From assembly GCA_034666985.1 (NCBI GenBank), contig JAXDKS010000012.1, positions 23,714 to 87,713 of the forward strand: a DNA stretch of 64,000 bases, given 5' to 3'. A program made the translations under genes and the position numbers. The notes under the pieces are model-generated. The model had not been told where the DNA came from. It worked only from the letters and a program-made list of their open reading frames with translations, and searched no databases. Below are positions 28,001 to 36,599 of this stretch, one piece after another. Positions within the stretch are counted from its first letter, which is position 1. Every line of letters starts with the position of its first letter. Source of the stretch: Acidobacteriota bacterium (GTDB taxonomy: Bacteria; Acidobacteriota; Thermoanaerobaculia; Multivoradales; UBA5704).

Positions 28001-28160
28001 CGACCGCAACACGACCGAACGCGTCCCGGTGGTGAGCGCCGGCGCCTCGGCCCGCATCCTGCTCGGCGGCTTCGCCGTGCTGGAGTTCTACGTGGCGAAG
28101 CCGTTCCAGCGGCCGAAGGAGAACTGGGTGACGGGTTTCCTGATCTCCCCGGGCTGGTAG
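25026..28160 (+). CDS. large secreted multidomain protein: HExxH metallopeptidase-like N-domain, TolB-like PD40 beta-propeller repeats, C-terminal beta-rich (barrel-like) domain
   Basis: Signal peptide. HVLGHELTHVF contains HExxH. Repeated SPDG(S/T/R/K) (SPDGSQFA, SPDGTKFA, SPDGRSIA, SPDGKSLAY). A Gly/Tyr/Thr-rich C-terminal ~400 aa with alternating hydrophobics. GGAGG SD before ATG at 25026. Confidence 0.7.
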   Translation: MSDSFPLPLRRAALPLAIALVALTGLPGVASAQYFGRNKVVYEQFKWQVLKTEHFDIHYYPEEEPATQEAARLAERWYARLSSIFGREFTERKTIIFYADQADFQQTTVTRGLIGEGTGGFTEGLRTRVVLPFTGDFEDTDHVLGHELTHVFQYDILNDRKGREQGTLVRSAPVDLPLWFVEGMAEYLSLGRFAPQTAMYLRDAQARDVLPDLNKLSRDPRYFPYRWGHAFWAYVGGRWGDAVVGRLFARATRSGIESALQEVLGTDIKQFSEDWKGAIRAAYGPVTEGRQTPAVLGKKLLPREQKTIDTYVSPVLSPDGSQFAVFSTRSLFSFDLYLADAKTGELKGKLFSADSDPHLDSLRFLDSAGAWSPDGTKFALVVQTKGDNELAILDVHSRRIERQIGVPEAGQLWNPAWSPDGRSIALSGSVGGWTDLFLVDLESGRSRRLTQDPYSQFQPEWSPDGKSLAYISDRASGGDPANRGYSDVGIWLLDVASGQSRQVVAPMTGATQINPRFGPGGQDLYFLSDRAGVSDLYRLSLGSNELFRVTRAATGVAGITRLSPALSVSQRTGEVLISVFTDERYEVHAIDAQTAKGEAVVATRDEAAEARAALLPPQQPQTRSLVADYLQQRFLPAEPASQTPTEQAYRPRYKLDWVGPSIGVGYSTTYGTGVGGDVAAIFSDELGQHEIGFAIQGETGSGTFSEIGFQGYYLNLGRRLNWGGAVSRVPYVTGFTTVTNGTVDTGGGTLVPATIVQQERDIITENRADFITQYPFSTTQRIEASAGVTRIDFDSQLETVTLVGDAIVDDTRHHLPTVSGLQLYQGSVAFVGDSSYYGFTAPVRGRRYRIGVEPTFGDLQFQSVTADYRRYFFLRPVTLAVRGLHFGRYGRDAESGRLSALYIGEPTLVRGYEFGDIGLSECTPVPGNTSACPEFDRLVGSRLAVANLELRVPLLGVPGYGLIKASFLPTDLAFFVDAGTAWSKGTSPTLRFDRNTTERVPVVSAGASARILLGGFAVLEFYVAKPFQRPKENWVTGFLISPGW

Positions 28161-28183
28161 GGCCAGGCTGGTAGGATGACGGC

Positions 28184-28579
28184 ATGAGATATCTGGTGAC
28201 GGCCCGCGTGCGGCCCGGCCGTGAGGCCGCGCTGCTGCGGGCCCTCGACGATGGCACCCTCGGCCTCGGCTCGGTGGCCGGGGACGAGTACGAAGCGGAT
28301 CTGGCCCAGGCGCGGCTCACCGGCGACGGCGCCGTCAAATGGGTCGAGGTCTGCTTCTGCGCCGAGCCGCTCGACGAGGAGCGGCCCTACTGGGAGGAGT
28401 ACTTCGAGCTCGTGCGGGTCCAGGACGCCCACAGCCGGCAACGCTGCCGCGACCTCACCGGCGAGGAGCCCTGGGCCTGCTGCGACTGCGACTGCACGAA
28501 CCGGCTGGAGGCGCGGATGGAGGGGTGGGGGAGGCCGTTCCTGGAGGTGTTGCGGGAGGCGGTGGGGGCTCCCTCTTAG
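28184..28579 (+). CDS. hypothetical Cys-rich small protein (131 aa)
   Basis: Follows the large gene with a 24-bp gap. Contains a CCDCDC cluster. No domain recognised. Confidence 0.45.
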   Translation: MRYLVTARVRPGREAALLRALDDGTLGLGSVAGDEYEADLAQARLTGDGAVKWVEVCFCAEPLDEERPYWEEYFELVRVQDAHSRQRCRDLTGEEPWACCDCDCTNRLEARMEGWGRPFLEVLREAVGAPS

Positions 28580-28597
28580 AAGGTATCTCCAAAGCTG

Positions 28598-28810
28598 GCG
28601 ACTTGCCCTCCGAAACCTCACCCCCGGCCCCTCTCCTAAAGGAGAGGGGTGACTCCTGCGAGCGATCTTGCCGTAGGGTGCGCTATGCGCACCGTGAACG
28701 TTGATGGTGCGCACAGCGCACCCTACAAAGCTCTCCCAGTCCGGCTAAGACCCCCCTCTCCCCCGGGAGAGGGGCCGGGGGTGAGGTTTCGAAGGGCAAG
28801 CCGCCGGATT
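28598..28810. repeat. MITE-like element: two inverted ~45-bp copies (each with its own hairpin) flanking a central palindrome
   Basis: cttgccctccgaaacctcacccccggcccctctcc-taaa-ggagagggg (28598-28653) and its reverse complement at 28763-28810. The central gtagggtgcgctatgcgcacc...ggtgcgcacagcgcaccctac palindrome lies at 28674-28728. Confidence 0.65.
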
Positions 28811-28887
28811 CATCACGGACTTTCAAGACGCCCGTCCTTCCCCGCCTTGCCAATCCCCCCGCCGCCCTGTATCGTGGCGGGGTTGCG

Positions 28888-29955
28888 ATGTTGAAGCTCC
28901 GCTGTCTCCTGCTGCTCGCTCTCCTGGCGGTCCCGGTCCCCGGGCTGGCCGCTCTCGATCCCGGTTGGGGCCGGGTGGATATCCCCGCCACCCACTCGTT
29001 CTTCTGGCGCTACATACCGGAGAGCCTGGACGCCTCCCGGCCGGCTCCCGTCGTGCTCTTCTTCCACGGCGCGGACACCGGGCCGACCCCCTACAAAAAT
29101 TTCGTGTCCGGCGCCGCGGAGAGGGCCCGCTGCGTGGTGGCGATGCCCCAGTCTTCCGGTCTGGCCTCCGGTCTGGGTCTGGGGTGGGGAGGGGAGACGG
29201 ACGAGCGGACCGTAACCGAGACCCTGCGGCTGCTGCGCCAGGATCTGCCGGTAGACGACCGGCGTATCGCCGTGTCAGGCCACTCGGCCGGAGGCGCCTG
29301 GGCCTATCTCCTGGCCTACTCCGGCTCGACCTACAGCGCCGTCTTCACCCTGGCCTCGCCCGCGTACCCGGTGAGCTCCATCGCCGATCCGGCCTACAAG
29401 CCGCCCATCCGCATGTACTACGGCACCCAGGATCCCAACTACACCGCGGCCCGGCCGCAGCTCGAAGCGCAGTGGAGCCGGCTCGGGGTCTCCTGGGAAG
29501 AGGACGTGCAGGCGGGGTATGACCACAGCTCCTGGCCCGACAGCTCGATGGCGGACGGCTTCCTTTTTCTCGTCAGCCATCCCCGTCCGGAGACGGCCTC
29601 CAGCACGTGTGTGGCGGGAGCGACGACCCTCTGCCTCAACCACGGCCGCTTTCGGGTCGAGGTCTCCTGGGACGCCAACGGCACCTCCGGCCCCGGCCGG
29701 GTGGTCCCCGGGGCCGCCGCGGACTCGGGGCTCTTCTGGTTCTTCGGCCCCGACAACTGGGAGCTGCTGGTGAAGGTGATCGACGGCTGCGCCTTCAACG
29801 GCAACTACTGGGTGTTCTCGGCCGCCACCACCGACGTCCACTACGCGCTGACGGTGACCGACACCGCCTCCGGCCGGGTGGCGGGCTACGAGAATCCGGC
29901 CGGCAAGGCGGCGGAGGCGATCACGGACACCGGCGCCTTCCCAACCTGTCCCTGA
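28888..29955 (+). CDS. secreted alpha/beta hydrolase (esterase/depolymerase-like)
   Basis: Signal peptide. GHSAGG nucleophile motif. Phospholipase/PHB-depolymerase-like layout. Confidence 0.65.
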   Translation: MLKLRCLLLLALLAVPVPGLAALDPGWGRVDIPATHSFFWRYIPESLDASRPAPVVLFFHGADTGPTPYKNFVSGAAERARCVVAMPQSSGLASGLGLGWGGETDERTVTETLRLLRQDLPVDDRRIAVSGHSAGGAWAYLLAYSGSTYSAVFTLASPAYPVSSIADPAYKPPIRMYYGTQDPNYTAARPQLEAQWSRLGVSWEEDVQAGYDHSSWPDSSMADGFLFLVSHPRPETASSTCVAGATTLCLNHGRFRVEVSWDANGTSGPGRVVPGAAADSGLFWFFGPDNWELLVKVIDGCAFNGNYWVFSAATTDVHYALTVTDTASGRVAGYENPAGKAAEAITDTGAFPTCP

Positions 29956-30004
29956 TTGCTTGCCGATCCGGTATACTCCTGGCGAGCCTGGACAGCTTGC
30001 CAGT

Positions 30005-31906
30005 ATGGAACCCGCCGTCAATCCGACCCCGAGCTGGGATGAGTGTGTGGAGCTCCTCGAGCAGCTCCCCTCGATGCCGCTCGACACTCGCGTCGAGGCG
30101 CTGGAGCGCCTGGTGCGCAATCCCAGCCCCGGCATTCGCGAGCAGGCCCTGCGCATCAGCGCCGCGGTGCTCCCCGACTCGCGGGTCATGGAGTACCTGC
30201 GCGACCCGGCCGACGCCGTGCTGCGCAGCGCCGGCTCCGAGATCTTCCGCCTGCGCGGCGTCCGCAGCGTGCCCGTGGTGGTGGACCTGCTGCGGGACTC
30301 CGATCCCGACGTCGTGCTGCAGGCCGTCCTCATCCTCGACCGCCTGCGCGATCCCCGCGCCCTCGAACCGCTCCACGCGACACTCGCCCATCTCGATCCC
30401 AACGTTCGCCAGGAGGCCATCCTCGCCATCGGCCGGCTCGGGGACGGACGGTCGATCCCCCATCTGCTGCCGTTCCTCACCGCCGACTTCTGGGTGCAGA
30501 TGGCCGCCGTCCAAGCCCTCGGGGACCTGCGTTCCCCGGAGGCGGTGCCGCATCTGACCGGTTGCCTGACCGATCCCCTGGTGGGAGGGCTGGCGGCCGA
30601 GGCCCTGGCGCGGATCGGGGGCGAGCCGGCCTTCCACGCCCTCGCCGCGCACTGGCCGGCGGGCGGCGTGGAGATCGATGACGAGACCATGCTCGGCCTG
30701 CTCGCCCACGTGCTCGAAGGGCTCGCGAGCCCGGAGGAGTTGGGCGAGCTGCCGGGCGGCTTCCGCGAGGCCCTCTCGGCGCGGCTCCACGACCGTTCGT
30801 CCGAGGTGCGCGCGGCCGCGGCCCGCTGCCTGCTGGTGCTGGGGCCGAGCCCTTGGGATGGCCCCGCGCTGCAGGCCCTGGTGAGCTCCCGGCCGGCTGG
30901 CCGCCCTGCGGCTCTGGCCCGCCGCCGGGACCTCCTCGGGCCGCTCCTCGCCGCCCCGGGCGAGCCCCGGGCCTGGGGCCTCCAACTCGCCGCCCGCTAT
31001 CCCGAGGAGGTGCCGGCAGACTCCTTCCTCGCCGCCGTGCGCGAGGCCGGCGAGCATCCGGAGCTGCTGTCGCCCTTGCTCCAGGCCCTGGAGAAGGTCC
31101 ACGTCCCGGGCTTGCTGGAGGCGCTGCTGGACCTCTACCTGCGGCTGCCCGCCGGCTCGCGCGAGGCCCTGGTCCCCACCTTCCAGGCCCACGCCGAGGA
31201 GACGCAGCTCGCCGTGGCGGCGCGCCCGGACCTGGAAGCCGCCGACCGGCTCGTCCTCTCGGCTCTGCTCGGTCTGCCCATCGACGAGGCCGTGATGGCC
31301 ATCCTGGACCTCGACGCTCCCCTGCGGCCGGGGGTCATCTCCCGCCTCATGCGGATCGAGGGGCTGGTCCCGCTCCTGCCCTGGGACGAATGGCTGACCG
31401 AGGCTCCGGAGCTCTACGGCACCCTGGCCGCCGAAGCCGCGGCTCGCTGCGGTCTTCGCGAGTTGCTGCCGGCTCTGCGGGCAAGGCTTGCGGCGGCCCC
31501 TTCCCTTCCTCTGGTGCGGGCTCTGGGCGTCCTGGGGGATCGCGAGGCCGTGTCCGTCCTGACGCCTCTCCTGGAGTCGCGGGAGGATCTGCGCGCCGCC
31601 GTCCTGGAGAGCCTGGGGAGGATCGGCGGGCCCGCGGCGTGCGGCGTGCTCAGAGCCGCGGTGCGCGACTGGGGCCCGCGGCCGGAGGGCCGGACGGCCT
31701 ACAAGGCGCTGGCCGCCTGCGCTGGTGCGGAGGACGACGAGATCTTCCGCGATGCCATGGCGCATCCCGACTGGCAGGTGCGCATGGTGGCGGTCGAGGT
31801 GCTGGCGCGCTCCGGCCGCTCCGAGAACAACGCCGCCCTGGCCCAGCTTGCCGGAGACCCTGTCCCGGCCGTGGCTCACCGGGCGCTGGCGGCCCTGGAA
31901 GCCTGA
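30005..31906 (+). CDS. HEAT/PBS-lyase-like repeat protein
   Basis: Many ~30-aa repeats of the form DP.VR..A..ALG.LGD. Alternative TTG start at 29960. Confidence 0.6.
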   Translation: MEPAVNPTPSWDECVELLEQLPSMPLDTRVEALERLVRNPSPGIREQALRISAAVLPDSRVMEYLRDPADAVLRSAGSEIFRLRGVRSVPVVVDLLRDSDPDVVLQAVLILDRLRDPRALEPLHATLAHLDPNVRQEAILAIGRLGDGRSIPHLLPFLTADFWVQMAAVQALGDLRSPEAVPHLTGCLTDPLVGGLAAEALARIGGEPAFHALAAHWPAGGVEIDDETMLGLLAHVLEGLASPEELGELPGGFREALSARLHDRSSEVRAAAARCLLVLGPSPWDGPALQALVSSRPAGRPAALARRRDLLGPLLAAPGEPRAWGLQLAARYPEEVPADSFLAAVREAGEHPELLSPLLQALEKVHVPGLLEALLDLYLRLPAGSREALVPTFQAHAEETQLAVAARPDLEAADRLVLSALLGLPIDEAVMAILDLDAPLRPGVISRLMRIEGLVPLLPWDEWLTEAPELYGTLAAEAAARCGLRELLPALRARLAAAPSLPLVRALGVLGDREAVSVLTPLLESREDLRAAVLESLGRIGGPAACGVLRAAVRDWGPRPEGRTAYKALAACAGAEDDEIFRDAMAHPDWQVRMVAVEVLARSGRSENNAALAQLAGDPVPAVAHRALAALEA

Positions 31907-32001
31907 ACCGCGAGCGGGAGGCGTTCCCCGGCGCGCCGAGGCGCGAAAAAGATCTTGTCCAGAAGTCCTGATCTGCAGTAAACTTTGTCTGGAGGTGTAC
32001 G

Positions 32002-32313
32002 TTGACCTACACCGTTGAAGAGTTGCGGGAGCGGCTGGACGAAATCCTGGATCAGGTCCGTGCGGGTGAGCGCGTCGAAATCCTGGAGAACGGCCGGGCG
32101 ATCGCCAGGATTCAGGGGGTCCGGAGCACGGCTGCCGGGGATGGCGACCCGATCGAGGACACCCTACGTCAACTCGAAGAGGAGGGGATCATCGGCCGCG
32201 CGGCCGAGCCTCGGCCCAGTCTTGAGGATATACACCGCGAGCTCGAGGAAGTATGGCGCGACAATCCTCCGAAGCCAGGAGGTTTAGCGCGGTTCCTGGA
32301 ATCCCGAAGGTGA
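32002..32313 (+). CDS. Phd/YefM-family antitoxin
   Basis: MTYTVEELRERLDEILDQVRAGERVEI is a typical Phd N-terminus. TTG start with a GGAGG SD. Lower GC. Confidence 0.65.
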   Translation: MTYTVEELRERLDEILDQVRAGERVEILENGRAIARIQGVRSTAAGDGDPIEDTLRQLEEEGIIGRAAEPRPSLEDIHRELEEVWRDNPPKPGGLARFLESRR

Positions 32314-32696
32314 AGATCGGGTACGTTGACAGTTCTTGTCTGATCTCCATCGCGCTCGGTGAGCCAGGCTCACGGGAGTTGGAGTTCCGTCTTTCACGAA
32401 TTGAAAAATTCTTCTCCTCCAATCTCCTTGAAGCAGAGTTCAGGGCAGCTTTGGCCAGGGAAGGAACCCGGGGAAGAGTTCGGAACCTCCTTGCCTGGGT
32501 CAACTGGATCTATCCCCGTCGCCGGCTGAAACCGGAAATCGATCAGATCCTCGGAGTGGGTATATTGAAGGGAGCGGATCTCTGGCATCTCGCCTGCGCT
32601 CTCTTTATGCGCCCCCAAATTGAAGTCACCCACTTCCTGACGCTCGACGACAAGCAGTCCGCAATCGCCAAGTCACTCGGCTTCAGCGTCCTCTGA
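32310..32696 (+). CDS. PIN-domain toxin (VapC-like)
   Basis: GTGA start/stop overlap with the antitoxin. IGYVDSSCLI (first Asp), EAEF and TLDD acidic residues. 128 aa. Confidence 0.65.
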   Translation: MKIGYVDSSCLISIALGEPGSRELEFRLSRIEKFFSSNLLEAEFRAALAREGTRGRVRNLLAWVNWIYPRRRLKPEIDQILGVGILKGADLWHLACALFMRPQIEVTHFLTLDDKQSAIAKSLGFSVL

Positions 32697-33554
32697 CGCC
32701 AGTGGCCCGCCAGCCGTGAGCGGCCTCAGCCGGAGGATCGGGATCTCCGGCGGCACCAGGAAGCGGACCGGCAGGATGCTCATCCCCACCCCCGACGTGA
32801 CGAAGAGGTGCCGGCCCCCCTCCACCACGGAGCCGCTGGCGTAGCGCTGGCCATAGCGGGAGGGGACGACGAGGCGGCCGAAGAAGGGGAGCCACACCTG
32901 GCCACCATGGGTGTGCCCGGCCAGCGTCAGGCTCACTCGGGAAGGAACGGTGGGGAAGATGTCCGGATTGTGGGTGAAGAGCAGCACCGGATCATCGCTG
33001 GTCACCTGGGCCAGGGCGCCCCGCACGTCGTGTCGCCCCGTCCAGTCGTCGCTCACCCCCACCAGCCAGAACGGGGGACCGCCACGAGTGATCTCGACCG
33101 CCCGGTCCTCCAGTGACGGAATGCCGGCCCGCGTCAGGGCGCCGATCACCCGCGGCGCCTCCAGCCAGCGATCGTGATTGCCCAGCACGGCGTAGACTCC
33201 CAGTGGCGCTCGCAGCCGGCCGAGAATCGGCGTGATCTCCTCCGGCGGCACGAACCGTCCGCCCATCACGTCCTGGATCACCAAGTCGCCCAGGATCAGG
33301 ATGAGGTCGGGCCGGGTGGCGTTGGTGCGCGCCACCACCTCGTCCAGCTTGTCGAGGCCGTTGTGAGGCGAGCCCACGTGCAGATCGGAGAGGAGGGCCA
33401 CCCGCATCCCGGCGCGGCCGGCCGGCCAACCCGGAACGGCGAGCGCCACCTCCCGCGTCCGCAGAGTTCCCGGCTCGATACCGAACGCCCAGACGCCCAG
33501 GACGAGCGCGGCGAGGAGGAGAGCGAGGGCGAGATTGCGGAATCGGCGTCGCAC
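32673..33554 (-). CDS. membrane-anchored calcineurin-like metallophosphoesterase
   Basis: LSDLHVG, GDLV, GNHD and GHTHGG motifs. N-terminal TM anchor. GTG start. Confidence 0.75.
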   Translation of the reverse strand: MRRRFRNLALALLLAALVLGVWAFGIEPGTLRTREVALAVPGWPAGRAGMRVALLSDLHVGSPHNGLDKLDEVVARTNATRPDLILILGDLVIQDVMGGRFVPPEEITPILGRLRAPLGVYAVLGNHDRWLEAPRVIGALTRAGIPSLEDRAVEITRGGPPFWLVGVSDDWTGRHDVRGALAQVTSDDPVLLFTHNPDIFPTVPSRVSLTLAGHTHGGQVWLPFFGRLVVPSRYGQRYASGSVVEGGRHLFVTSGVGMSILPVRFLVPPEIPILRLRPLTAGGPLASEDAEAE

Positions 33555-33587
33555 GACGAGGATTCTAGAGGTCTTTCCCCGCTCATG

Positions 33588-33716
33588 CAGGCCTCTCCCC
33601 GTTGGTACCGGAGGCCGCCCCCAACAGGTACAGGCCTCTCCCCGTTGGTACCGGGGGCCGCCCCCAACGGGTACAGGCCTCTCCCCGTTGGTTCAGTGGG
33701 CTCCCCGCCTGGGGAC
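33588..33716. repeat. 43-bp tandem direct repeat x3 (each copy hairpin-forming) in divergent promoter region
   Basis: caggcctctccccgttggtaccggRggccgcccccaacRggta at 33588, 33631 and 33674. The third copy is degenerate. Internal inverted repeat cccgttgg/ccaacggg. Confidence 0.8.
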
Positions 33717-33810
33717 CTCAAGGACTGCAAGGACGAAAACCTCCGAGACCGAGGTTGACTCGTCCTTGAAGTCCTTGCTGTCCTTGCTGTCCTTGCAGTC
33801 TTGAGGTCCT
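33713..33810. repeat. large nested stem-loop with gtccttgct triple direct repeat
   Basis: ggacctcaaggactgcaaggacg pairs with cgtccttgcagtcttgaggtcc. Inner aacctccgagaccgaggtt hairpin. gtccttgct occurs three times. Confidence 0.65.
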
Positions 33811-33889
33811 TGTTCCGGCTTTTCTGCCGCGCAGGATACTAAGGTCCCCCCTCCCCGGAATCCCTCCGGTCGGGATAGAGTCCCCCTCC

Positions 33890-34411
33890 GTGCGCAAGAT
33901 CACCCTCATCACCACCGGCGGCACCATCGAGAAGACGTACGACGAGCATACGGGCGAGCTCGCCAATCGGCAGTCCATCGTCCGGCGGATGCTGGCCGAG
34001 CTGCGGCTCGAGGAGGCGGAGGTCAACGTCTTCGAGCTGATGAGCAAGGACAGTCTGGAGATGACCGAGGCGGACCGCAACCGCATCCTGGAGGCCGTGC
34101 GGGCCACCGGCGCCTGCGAGGACGGAGCGACCACCGGCATCGTCCTCCTCCATGGCACGGACACTCTGGCCCTCACCGGCGAGCACCTCCACGCGAACCT
34201 CGGCGATCCGCGGGTGCCCATCGTCCTCACCGGCGCCATGCGGCCCTTCGAGATGAAGCAGTCCGACGCCTTCCAGAACCTCACCGAAGCCCTCTTCGCC
34301 ACCGGCGTCCTGACTCCCGGCGTCTACTGCGTGGCCCACGGGCGGGCGCTCGCTTTCCCCGGAGTACGCAAGGACACCGAGCGCGGCACGTTCGTCAAGC
34401 CTGATCCCTGA
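33890..34411 (+). CDS. short L-asparaginase/glutaminase N-domain-like protein
   Basis: TGGTIE threonine motif and HGTDT motif. GTG start. 173 aa. Confidence 0.65.
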   Translation: MRKITLITTGGTIEKTYDEHTGELANRQSIVRRMLAELRLEEAEVNVFELMSKDSLEMTEADRNRILEAVRATGACEDGATTGIVLLHGTDTLALTGEHLHANLGDPRVPIVLTGAMRPFEMKQSDAFQNLTEALFATGVLTPGVYCVAHGRALAFPGVRKDTERGTFVKPDP

Positions 34412-34426
34412 CTCTTGGAGAAACCC

Positions 34427-34789
34427 ATGGCCGACACCCTCGACGAGTTCCGCAGCTACCGCCAGCGGATGAACGACCGCATCATGGAATCCGAGCACCT
34501 CGGCATCAAGCGCTTCTTCAACCTGGACACCGCCGCCTACCGCGACGGCGCCCTCGACGGCAAGACCAAGGAGCTCCTGGGCCTCGTCGCCTCCGCCGTG
34601 CTGCGCTGCAACGACTGCATCGACTACCACCTCGACCAGTGCGTCGAGGTCGGCTGGACGAACGACGAGCTCTACGACGCGCTGAACGTGGCCCTGGTGG
34701 TGGGAGGCAGCATCGTCATCCCTCACCTGCGGCACGCGTTCGACACGATCGACCAGCTTCGGGGGGAAGGGGAAGAGGCGAATAAGTAG
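34427..34789 (+). CDS. carboxymuconolactone decarboxylase / AhpD-like family protein
   Basis: CxxC-like RCNDCIDYH core typical of AhpD/CMD. GGAGA SD. Confidence 0.65.
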   Translation: MADTLDEFRSYRQRMNDRIMESEHLGIKRFFNLDTAAYRDGALDGKTKELLGLVASAVLRCNDCIDYHLDQCVEVGWTNDELYDALNVALVVGGSIVIPHLRHAFDTIDQLRGEGEEANK

Positions 34790-34821
34790 CGGGTCCGTCG
34801 TTCCACGCACGCTACGCGGTT

Positions 34822-35256
34822 CTATCCGACCTCATCCGGAGGATGGAGCCCTGCATCCAGCAAGATTCGTCGCAGGTTGACGATGCCGATCCTATTGAGC
34901 TGCAACTTCTCGATCGTCGCCCTGCCGGTCGATGTCACACCGACCATCATCGTGTAATCAGCATTCCATACGAAGTGATCGCCCCATCGATCCCGGCGCG
35001 GGTGGAACAGGGAGACTCTTTCACCATTGACAGGATCCTCGCCCTCCACACTGATGAATTTCCTATTGTTACAACCCTGACAGGACAGCGCCAGGTTGGA
35101 GAGGTCGTGGCTCCGGCCTCGAACCAGCTGAATAATGTGTTCGATAGAAAAGGTGTCTGGGGAGTACTGCGCGTGGCACTTACAATACTCACAGCAGCCA
35201 CGAGCGCGCTGCGAGACCGTTTCCTTGTCGCGCGCCGTTGGGCGACGACTACTCAT
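34822..35256 (-). CDS. HNH endonuclease
   Basis: CEYCKC...H..N...N..LSCQGCNNRK is an HNH zinc-finger core. About 50% GC, i.e. foreign composition. Confidence 0.75.
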   Translation of the reverse strand: MSSRRPTARDKETVSQRARGCCEYCKCHAQYSPDTFSIEHIIQLVRGRSHDLSNLALSCQGCNNRKFISVEGEDPVNGERVSLFHPRRDRWGDHFVWNADYTMMVGVTSTGRATIEKLQLNRIGIVNLRRILLDAGLHPPDEVG

Positions 35257-35659
35257 AGGGCGGTGATTTGATACCGAGGTCGTCCATCAAAGCATCGACG
35301 GACGTCTGCCGCAGACGTGCGAGCTGAATGACGCTCTCCATGCGCTTAACGTTCATCTCTTCCATCTGGTCTGACAATGCGATGAGCTCGGCCTGCTCCT
35401 GTAGCGTCAAGGTCTCGGCCCGGCGCTTTGCCTTGAGGGCTGTGTAGCGCTGCCAGGTCTTGCTGGAGAACCCGCGGTTGATGGCCTGCAACAGTGCTGC
35501 CTCATCTGCGGGCAGTCTGGGTGCAGCGATCTGTCGTGCAGCCAGCCGTTCGCGCAGAGTACGGAGGATGTACCCCTGGGCGTCGAGCCCCTGCTTCGCC
35601 GCCTCTTGGCGAAGTGCGGACTCGAGGTCCGGGGTGATTTCGAGGGTGAGAGCCGCCAT
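35249..35659 (-). CDS. hypothetical protein, RHH/ParD-like N-terminus, overlapping HNH gene start
   Basis: MAALTLEITPDLESALRQEAAKQGLDAQGYILRTLRERL resembles a ribbon-helix-helix. 8-bp overlap with the HNH start. Confidence 0.45.
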   Translation of the reverse strand: MAALTLEITPDLESALRQEAAKQGLDAQGYILRTLRERLAARQIAAPRLPADEAALLQAINRGFSSKTWQRYTALKAKRRAETLTLQEQAELIALSDQMEEMNVKRMESVIQLARLRQTSVDALMDDLGIKSPPYE

Positions 35660-35703
35660 GCACTTAGTCTACCGGCTCAGCAGGGGCTGGACAAGACCGG
35701 GAG

Positions 35704-36564
35704 CTATACCTTGCCCTTCATCCGCAACAACTCCTCCGGCGGCTCTCCCAGGAACAGATCCGGGTGCAGACGCTGACCCGGCTGGACCGCATAGCTCTCG
35801 AAATCGGTGACGCCCGCCTCGCGCAGCACGTCCTCGTCGATATAGAAGTTGCCCGTGCAGCAGCGGCTGTCCCGCGTGAGGATCACGTGGGCGGCGTCGG
35901 CTACGATCTCGGGCTTGCGGCACTTTTCGGGAGGAGTGAGGCCGCCCAGCATGGCGAGGGCGGCGGTGGCGATCACCGTACGCGGCCAGAGGGCGTTGAT
36001 GGCGATGCCGTCGTCCCGGAATTCCTCGGCCATGCCCAGCACGCACAGGCTCATGCCGTACTTGGACATCGTATAAGCCGTGTGCAGCTTGAACCAGCGG
36101 GGGTCCAGGTTGAGCGGCGGCGAGAGGGTGAGGACGTGCGGGTTGGGCGATTTCCTGAGGTGGGGGATGCAGGCCTGCGAGCACAGGAAGGTGCCGCGGG
36201 CGTTGACCCCCCACATCAGGTCGAAACGCTTCATCGGCGTCTCCAGCGTCCCCGTGAGGTTGATGGCGCTGGCGTTGTTGATCAGGACGTCGATGCCGCC
36301 GAAGGTCTCGATGGTCTTCGCCACAGCGCCGTAGACCTGCTCCTCGTCGCGGATGTCCACCGCCAGGGGGAGCGCCTTGCCTCCCGCCTTCTCGATCTCT
36401 TCCGCCGCCGAGTAGATCGTCCCCGGCAGCTTGGGGTGGGGCTCGGTCGTCTTGGCCACGACGACGATATTGGCGCCATCGGCCGCGGCACGCAGGGCGA
36501 TCGCCTTGCCGATGCCCCGGGAGGCACCGGTGATGAACAGAGTCCTGCCCTTCAGGTCAGCCAT
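35704..36564 (-). CDS. SDR-family short-chain dehydrogenase/reductase
   Basis: TGASRGIG Rossmann motif, NNAS and YxxxK (YTMSK). GGGAGA SD. Confidence 0.8.
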   Translation of the reverse strand: MADLKGRTLFITGASRGIGKAIALRAAADGANIVVVAKTTEPHPKLPGTIYSAAEEIEKAGGKALPLAVDIRDEEQVYGAVAKTIETFGGIDVLINNASAINLTGTLETPMKRFDLMWGVNARGTFLCSQACIPHLRKSPNPHVLTLSPPLNLDPRWFKLHTAYTMSKYGMSLCVLGMAEEFRDDGIAINALWPRTVIATAALAMLGGLTPPEKCRKPEIVADAAHVILTRDSRCCTGNFYIDEDVLREAGVTDFESYAVQPGQRLHPDLFLGEPPEELLRMKGKV

Positions 36565-36599
36565 GAGATCTCCCAGGGTCCAGCCGGGTGGAGGCGCCT

